Source: Eledone cirrhosa | Taxonomy: Eukaryota | DNA: 64,000 nucleotides | Assembly (NCBI GenBank): GCA_964016885.1 | Contig: OZ024744.1 | Span: 23,808,001-23,872,000 of the forward strand | Direction of reading: 5' to 3' | Shown: positions 55,950-64,000 of the stretch, one piece after another | How positions within the stretch are numbered: position 1 is the stretch's first letter | How the letters are laid out: the number at the start of each line of letters is the position of its first letter | The notes under the pieces: model-generated | Database searches by the model: none | The model's input: the letters and a program-made list of their open reading frames with translations, nothing else | Told to the model about the DNA's origin: nothing | Translations under genes and position numbers: made by a program

Positions 55950-58900
55950 AGTTGAATCTTAAGAACTGACTCGTTTTAACAACAGTTGAATCTTATGATA
56001 AAACCCATTTTAACAATAGTTGAATCTTAAGATTAAACTCGTTTTAACAACAGTTGAATCTTAAGAACTGACTCGTTTTATCAACATTTCAACCTTAAGA
56101 ACTGACTCGTTTTAACAACAGATGAATCTTCAAATAAAACTGGTTTTAACAACAGTTGAATCTTAAGAACTGACTTGTTTTAACAGGAGTTGAATCTTAA
56201 GAACTGATTCGTTTTAACAACAGTTCAAACTTAAGAACTGACTCGTATTAACAACAGTTGAATCTTATTATAAAACTCATTTTAACAACAGTTGAATCTT
56301 AAGAACTGATTCGTTTTAACAACAGATGAATCTTAAGATAAACCTCGTTTTAACAACAGTTGCATCTTAGGAACTGGCTCGTTTAAACAACAGTTGAATC
56401 TTAAGATAAAACACGTTTTAACAACAGTTGAATCTTAAGAACTGACTCGTTTTAACAACAGTTGAATCTTAAGATAAACTCGTTTTAACAACAGTTGAAT
56501 CTTAAGAACTGACTCGTTTTAACAACAGCTGAATCTTTAGATAAAACTCGTATTAACAACAGTTGAATCTTAAGAACTGACTCGTTTTATCAACAGTTCA
56601 ACCTTAAGAACTGACTCGTTTTAACAACAGTTGAATCTTCAAATAAAACTCGTTTTAACAACAGTTGAATGTTATGATAAAACTCGTTTTAACAACAGTT
56701 GAATCTTAAGAACTGACTCTTTTTAACAACAGTTGAATCTTAAGATAATACTCGTTTTAACAACAGTTGAATTTTAAGATACAATTGGTTTTAACAATAG
56801 TTGAATGTTAAGAACTATTTCGTTTTAACAACAGTGCAAACTTAAGAGCTGACTCGTTTTAACAACAGCTGAATCTTATGATAAAACTCATTTTAACAAC
56901 AGTTGAATCTTAAGATAAAACTCGTTTTACCAACAGTTGAATCTTAAGCACTGTCTCGTTTTAACAACAGTTGAATCTTAAGATAAAACTCGTTTTAACA
57001 ACAGTTGAATCTTAAGAACTAATTCGTTTTAACAACAGTTGAATCTTTTGATAAAACCCATTTTAACAACAGTTGAATCTTAAGATTAAACTCGTTTTAA
57101 CAATAGTTGAATCTTAAGAACTGACTCGTTTTAACAACAGTTGAATCTTAAGAACTGACTCGTTTTATCAACATTTCAACCTTAAGAACTGACTCGTTTT
57201 AACAACAGTTGAATCTTCAAATAAAACTCGTTTTAACAACAGTTGAAACTTAAGAACTGACTCGTTTTAACAACAGTTGAATCTTAAGAACTGATTCGTT
57301 TTAACAACAGTTCAAACTTAAGAACTGACTCGTATTAACAACAGTTGAATCTTATTATAAAACTCATTTTAACAACAGTTGAATCTTAAGAACTGATTCG
57401 TTTTAACAACAGATGAATCTTAAGATAAACCTCGTTTTAACAACAGTTGCATCTTAAGAACTGGCTCGTTTAAACAACAGTTGAATCTTAAGATAAAACT
57501 CGTTTTAACAACAGTTGAATCTTAAGATAAACTCGTTTTAACAACAGTTGAATCTTAAGAACTGACTCGTTTTAACAACAGCTGAATCTTTAGATAAAAC
57601 TCGTATTAACAACAGTTGAATCTTAAGAACTGACTCGTTTTATCAACAGTTCAACCTTAAGAACTGACTCGTTTTAACAACAGTTGAATCTTCAAATAAA
57701 ACTCGTTTTAACAACAGTTGAATCTTAAGAACTGACTCGTTTTAACAACAGTTGAATGTTATGATAAAACTCGTTTTAACAACAGTTGAATCTTAAGAAC
57801 TGACTCTTTTTAACAACAGTTGAATCTTAAGATAATACTCGTTTTAACAACAGTTGAATTTTAAGATAAAATTCGTTTTAACAATAGTTGAATGTTAAGA
57901 ACTCTTTCGTTTTAACAACAGTGCAAACTTAAGAGCTGACTCGTTTTAACAACAGCTGAATCTTATGATAAAACTCATTTTAACAACAGTTGAATCTTAA
58001 GATAAAACTCGTTTTAACAACAGTTGAATCTTAAGCACTGTCTCGTTTTAACAACATTTGAATCTTAAGATAAAACTCGTTTTAACAACAGTTGAATCTT
58101 AAGAACTGACTCGTTTTAACAACAGTTGAATCTTAAGAACTGACTCGTTTTAACAACAGTTGAATCTTAAGATAAGACTCGTTTTAACAACAGTTGAATC
58201 TTAAGAACTGACTCGTTTTATCAACATTTCAACCTTAAGAACTGACTCGTTTTAACAACAGATGAATCTTCAAATAAAACTCGTTTTAACAACAGTTGAA
58301 TCTTAAGAACTGACTCGTTTTAACAACAGTTGAATCTTAAGAACTGATTCGTTTTAACAACAGTTCAAACTTAAGAACTGACTCGTATTAACAACAGTTG
58401 AATCTTATTATAAAACTCATTTTAACAACAGTTGAATCTTAAGAACTGATTCGTTTTAACAACAGATGAATCTTAAGATAAACCTCGTTTTAACAACAGT
58501 TGCATCTTAGGAACTGGCTCGTTTAAACAACAGTTGAATCCTAAGATAAAACACGTTTTAACAACAGTTGAATCTTAAGAACTGACTCGTTTTAACAACA
58601 GTTGAATCTTAAGATAAACTCGTTTTAACAACAGTTGAATCTTAAGAACTGACTCGTTTTAACAACAGCTGAATCTTAAGATAAACCTCGTATTAACAAC
58701 AGTTGAATCTTAAGAACTGACTCGTTTTATCAACAGTTCAACCTTAAGAACTGACTCGTTTTAACAACAGTTGAATCTTAAGAACTGATTCGTTTTAACA
58801 ACAGTTCAAACTTAAGAACTGACTCGTATTAACAACAGTTGAATCTTATTATAAAACTCATTTTAACAACAGTTGAATCTTAAGAACTGATTCGTTTTAA

Positions 58901-59230
58901 CAACAGATGAATCTTAAGATAAACCTCGTTTTAAAAACAGTTGCATCTTAAGAACTGGCTCGTTTAAACAACAGTTGAATCTTAAGATAAAACTCGTTTT
59001 AACAACAGTTGAATCTTAACATAAAATTCGTTTTAACAATAGTTGAATGTTAAGAACTCTTTCGTTTTAACAACAGTGCAAACTTAAGAGCTGACTCGTT
59101 TTAACAACAGTTGAATCTTATGATAAAACTCATTTTAACAACAGTTGAATCTTAAGATAAAACTCGTTTTAACAACAGTTGAATCTTAAGCACTGTCTCG
59201 TTTTAACAACAGTTGAATCTTAAGATAAAA
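55950..59230 (+). repeat. ~1.05-1.15-kb higher-order repeat, about 3 copies, with private variants
   Basis: GTGCAAACTTAAGAGCTG at 56834/57921/59076, AAGCACTGTC at 56946/58033/59188 and CATTTCAACC at 56085/57172/58225. Confidence 0.8.
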
Positions 59231-59999
59231 CTCGTTTTAACAACAGTTGAATCTTAAGAACTGATTCGTTTTAACAACAGCTGAATCTTAAGATAAACTC
59301 GTTTTAACAACAGTTGAATCTTAAGATAAAACTGGTTTTAACAACAGTTGTATCTTAAGAACTGATTCGTTTTAACAACAGATGAATCTTAAGATAATCC
59401 TCGTTTTAACAACAGTTGCATCTTGAGAACTGGCTCGTTTAAACAACAGTTGAATCTTAAGATAAAACTCGTTTTAACAACAGTTGAATCTTAAGAACTG
59501 ACTCGTTTTAACAACAGTTGAATCTTAAGATAAAACTCGTTTTAACAACAGTTGAATCTTAAGAACTGACTCATTTTAACAACAGTTGAATCTTAAGATA
59601 AATCTCGTTTTAACAACAGCTGAATCTTAAGATTAAACTCGTTTTAACAACAGTTGAATCTTAAGACAAAACCCGTTTTAACAACAGTTGAATCTTAAGA
59701 ACTGTCTCGTTTTAACGACAGTTGAATCTTAAGAACTGACTCGTTTTAACAACAGCTGAATCTTAAGATTAAACTCGTTTTAACAACAGTTGAATCTTAA
59801 GACAAAACCCGTTTTAACAACAGTTTAATCTTAAGAACTGACTCGTTTTAACAACAGTTGAATCTTAAGATAAAATTCGTTTTAACAACAGTTGAATATT
59901 AAGAACTGACTCGTTTTATAAACAGTTCAACTTTAAGAACTGACTCGTTTTAACAACTGTTGAATCTTATGATAAAACTCTTTTTAACAACAGTTGAAT

Positions 60000-62900
60000 C
60001 TTAAGATAAAACTCGTTTTAACAACAGTTGAATCTTAAGAACTGTCTCGTTTTAACAACAGTTGAATCTTAAGAACTGACTCGTTTTAACAACAGTTGAA
60101 TCTTATGATAAAACTCTTTTTAACAACAGTTGAATCTTAAGATAAAACTCGTTTTAACAACAGTTGAATCTTAAGAACTGACTCGTTTTAACAACAGTTT
60201 AATCTTAAGAACTGACTCGTTTTATAAACAGTTCAACCTTAAGAACTGACTCGTTTTAACAACAGTTGAATCTTCAAATAAAACTCGTTTTAACAACAGT
60301 TGAATATTAAGAACTGACTCGTTTTAACAGCAGTTGAATCTTAATATAAAACTCGTTTTAACAACAGTTGAATCTTAAGAACTGACTCGTTTTAATAACA
60401 GTTGAATCTTAAGATAAAACTCGTTTTAACAACAGTTGAATCTTAATAACTGACTCGTTTTAACAACAGTTGAATCTTAAGATAAAACTCGATTTAACAA
60501 CAGTTGAATCTTAAGAACTGTCTCGTTTTAACAACAGTTGAATCTTAAGAACTGACTCGTTTTAACAACAGTTGAATCTTATGATAAAACTCGTTTTAAC
60601 AACAGTTGAATCTTAAGAACTGACTCGTTTTAACAACAGTTGAATCTTAAGATAAAACTCGTTTTAACAACAGTTGAATCTTAAGAACTGACTCGTTTAA
60701 CAACAGTTTAATCTTAAGAACTGACTCGTTTTATAAACAGTTCAACCTTAAGAACTGACTCGTTTTAACAACAGTTGAATCTTCAAATAAAACTCGTTTT
60801 AGCAACAGTTGAATCTTAAGAACTGACTCGTTTTAATAACAGTTGAATCTTAAGATAAAACTCGTTTTAACAACAGTTGAATCTTAAGAACTGACTCGTT
60901 TTAACAACAGCTGAATTTTAAGATAAAACTCGTTTTAACAACAGTTGAATCTTAATAACTGACTCGTTTTATCAACAGTTCAACCTTAAGAACTGACTCA
61001 TTTTAACAACATTTGAATCTTCAAATAAAACTCGTTTTAACAACAGTTGAATGTTAAGAACTGATTCGTTTTAACAACAGCTGAATCTTAAGATAAACTC
61101 GTTTTAACAACAGTTGAATCTTAAGATAAACCTCGTTTTAACAACAGTTTAATCTTAAGAACTGACTCGTTTTAACAACAGTTGAATCTTAAGATAAAAT
61201 TCGTTTTAACAACAGTTGAATCTTAAGAACTGATTCGTTTTAACAACAGTTCAAACTTAAGAACTGACTCGTTTTAACAACAGTTGAATCTTAAGATAAA
61301 ACTCGTTTTAACAACAGTTGAATCTTAAGAACTGATTCGTATTAACAACAGTTGAATATTAAGATAAAACTCGTTTTAACAACAGTTAAATCTTAAGAAC
61401 TGTCTCGTTTTAACAATAGTTGAATCTTAAGAACTGACTCGTTTTAACAACAGTTGAATCTTATGATAAAACTCGTTTTAACAACAGTTGAATCTTAAGA
61501 ACTGACTCGTTTTAACAACAGTTGAATCTTAAGAACTGACTCGTTTTATAAACAGTTCAACCTTAAGAACTGACTCGTTTTAACAACAGTTGAATCTTCA
61601 AATAAAACTCGTTTTAACAACAGTTGAATATTAAGAACTGACTCGTTTTAACAGCAGTTGAATCTTAATATAAAACTCGTTTTAACAACAGTTGAATCTT
61701 AAGATAAAACTTGTTTTAACAACAGTTGAATCGTAAGAACTGACTCGTTTTAATAACAGTTGAATCTTAAGATAGAACTCGTTTTAACAACAGTTGAATC
61801 TTAAGAACTGACTCGTTTTAACAACAGCTGAATTTTAAGATAAAACTCGTTTTAACAACAGTTGAATCTTAAGAACTGACTCGTTTTATCAACAGTTCAA
61901 CCTTAAGAACTGACTCATTTTAACAACAGTTGAATCTTCAAATAAAACTCGTTTTAACAACAGTTGAATGTTAAGAACTGAATCGTTTTAACAACAGCTG
62001 AATCTTAAGATAAACTCGTTTTAACAACAGTTGAATCTTAAGATAAACCTCGTTTTAACATCTGTTTAATCTTAAGAACTGAATCGTTTTAACAACAGTT
62101 GAATCTTAAGATAAAATTCGTTTTAACAATAGTTGAATCTTAAGAACTGATTGGTTTTAACAACAGTTCAAACTTAAGAACTGACTCGTTTTAACAACAG
62201 CTGAATCTTAAGAACTGATTCGTTTTAACAACAGCTGAATCTTAAGATAAACTCGTTTTAACAACAGTTGAATCTTAAGATAAAACTCGTTTTAACTACA
62301 GTTGAATCTTAAGAACTGACTCGTTTTAACAACAGCTGAATCTTAAGATAAACCTCGTTTTAACAACAGTTGTATCTTAAGAACTGATTCGTTTTAACAA
62401 CAGATGAATCTTAAGATAAACCTCGTTTTAACAACAGTTGAATCTTGAGAACTGGCTCGTTTAAACAACAGTTGAATCTTAAGATAAAACTCGTTTTAAC
62501 AACAGTTGAATCTTAAGAACTGACTCGTTTTAACAACAGTTGAATCTTAAGATAAACCTCGTTTTAACAACAGTTGTATCTTAAGAACTGATTCGTTTTA
62601 ACAACAGATGAATCTTAAGATAAACCTCGTTTTAACAACAGTTGAATCTTGAGAACTGGCTCGTTTAAACAACAGTTGAATCTTAAGATAAAACTCGTTT
62701 TAACAACAGTTGAATCTTAAGAACTGTCTCGTTTTAACGACAGTTGAATCTTAAGAACTGACTCGTTTTAACAACAGCTGAATCTTAAGATTAAACTCGT
62801 TTTAACAACAGTTGAATCTTAAGACAAAACCCGTTTTAACAACAGTTCAATCTTAAGAACTTTCTCGTTTTAACAACAGTTGAATCTTAAGATAAACCTC

Positions 62901-63250
62901 GTTTTAACAACAGTTTAATCTTAAGAACTGACTCGTTTTAACAACAGTTGAATCCTAAGATAAAATTCGTTTTAACAACAGTTGAATCTTAAGAACTGAC
63001 TCGTTTTATAAACAGTTCAACCTAAAGAACTGACTCGTTTTAACAACTGTTGAATCTTCAAATAAAACTCGTTTTAACAACAGTTGAATATTAAGAACTG
63101 ACTCGTTTTAACAGCAGTTGAATCTTAATCTAAAACTCGTTTTAATAACAGTTGAATCTTAAGATAAAACTCGTTTTAACAACAGTTTAATCTTAAGAAC
63201 TGACTCGTTTTAACAACAGTTGAATTTTAAGATAAAACTCGTTTTAACAA
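60000..63250 (+). repeat. Dispersed partial fourth copy of the ~5.1-kb unit, closest to the third copy
   Basis: The private variant ATCTGTTTAA (47761/62060) and GAATCGTAAG (47429/61728) are both at offset 14,299. Confidence 0.82.
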
Positions 63251-64000
63251 CAGTTGAATCTTAAGAACTAATTCGTTTTAACAACAGTTGAATCTTTTGA
63301 TAAAACCCATTTTAACAACAGTTGAATCTTAAGATTAAACTCGTTTTAACAATAGTTGAATCTTAAGAACTGACTCGTTTTAACAACAGTTGAATCTTAA
63401 GAACTGACTCGTTTTATCAACATTTCAACCTTAAGAACTGACTCGTTTTAACAACAGTTGAATCTTCAAATAAAACTCGTTTTAACAACAGTTGAATGTT
63501 ATGATAAAACTCGTTTTAACAACAGTTGAATCTTAAGAACTGACTCTTTTTAACAACAGTTGAATCTTAAGATAATACTCGTTTTAACAACAGTTGAATT
63601 TTAAGATACAATTGGTTTTAACAATAGTTGAATGTTAAGAACTATTTCGTTTTAACAACAGTGCAAACTTAAGAGCTGACTCGTTTTAACAACAGCTGAA
63701 TCTTATGATAAAACTCATTTTAACAACAGTTGAATCTTAAGATAAAACTCGTTTTACCAACAGTTGAATCTTAAGCACTGTCTCGTTTTAACAACAGTTG
63801 AATCTTAAGATAAAACTCGTTTTAACAACAGTTGAATCTTAAGAACTAATTCGTTTTAACAACAGTTGAATCTTTTGATAAAACCCATTTTAACAACAGT
63901 TGAATCTTAAGATTAAACTCGTTTTAACAATAGTTGAATCTTAAGAACTGACTCGTTTTAACAACAGTTGAATCTTAAGAACTGACTCGTTTTATCAACA

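Larger units (their letters stand above)
1..64000 (+). repeat. 34-bp tandem satellite array with two main monomer types (A: ...TTAAGAACTGACTCG..., B: ...TTAAGATAAAACTCG...), head-to-tail, extending past both window edges
   Basis: AACAACAGTTGAATCTTAAGA(ACTG/TAAA)ACTCGTTTT recurs every 34 bp (occasionally 33 or 35) from the first to the last line. No unique sequence or orientation switch was seen. Confidence 0.99.

Noticed and set aside
1-64000. CRISPR array: type-B unit GTTTTA...TAAAAC has the length and ends reminiscent of type II CRISPR repeats
   Set aside because: The units abut with only 2 bp (TC) between them. There are no unique spacers, leader or cas genes, and the variation follows duplication patterns.
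1-64000. Repeat-encoded protein
   Set aside because: 34 is not a multiple of 3, so the frames rotate. Each monomer has TAA twice on both strands, plus TGA on the + strand, closing all six frames within about 100 bp in the standard code.
1-64000. Minus-strand ORF under a ciliate-type code (TAA/TAG = Gln), since consensus monomers lack TGA on the minus strand
   Set aside because: Frequent variants (TTCAACC, CTCATT, TTCAAAT) add minus-strand TGA, 1-bp indels are tolerated, and there is no sign of codon-position constraint.
1-64000. Telomeric repeat or plasmid/phage iteron array
   Set aside because: There is no G-rich strand, and heritable variants with kb-scale duplications do not fit telomerase synthesis. 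Iteron clusters have few copies beside a rep gene.
1-64000. Intrinsic curvature from phased A/T tracts
   Set aside because: The TTAA spacing of 17 bp and the 34-bp period are not multiples of the ~10.5-bp helical repeat, so coherent bending cannot be claimed without modelling.
1-64000. A/B order as an information-bearing code or synthetic construct
   Set aside because: The order is explained by nested duplications with accumulated point mutations. No adapters, designed junctions or independent evidence of readout were seen.

Overview
The whole 64 kb is one uninterrupted, single-orientation, AT-rich (~30% GC) tandem array of a 34-bp monomer (roughly 1,880 copies), i.e. satellite DNA, most plausibly eukaryotic. 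The host cannot be identified from the sequence. Two monomer types dominate: A = AACAACAGTTGAATCTTAAGAACTGACTCGTTTT (e.g. 1007-1040) and B = AACAACAGTTGAATCTTAAGATAAAACTCGTTTT (e.g. 905-938). I see no genes, RNA genes, transposon insertions or CRISPR spacers, and no evidence of a protein-coding system. The informative signal is nested repeat structure. A 17-bp half-unit forms the 34-bp monomer, monomers form A/B dimers, and a 169-bp five-monomer cassette recurs across the whole window. Above that are local higher-order repeats (1,189 bp; ~1.1 kb; ~5.1 kb) and long-range duplications (offsets 6,827, 7,711, 9,870, 10,920 and 14,299 bp). These are arranged in domains with private variants. Offsets were read by eye from diagnostic variants, and domain borders are approximate.
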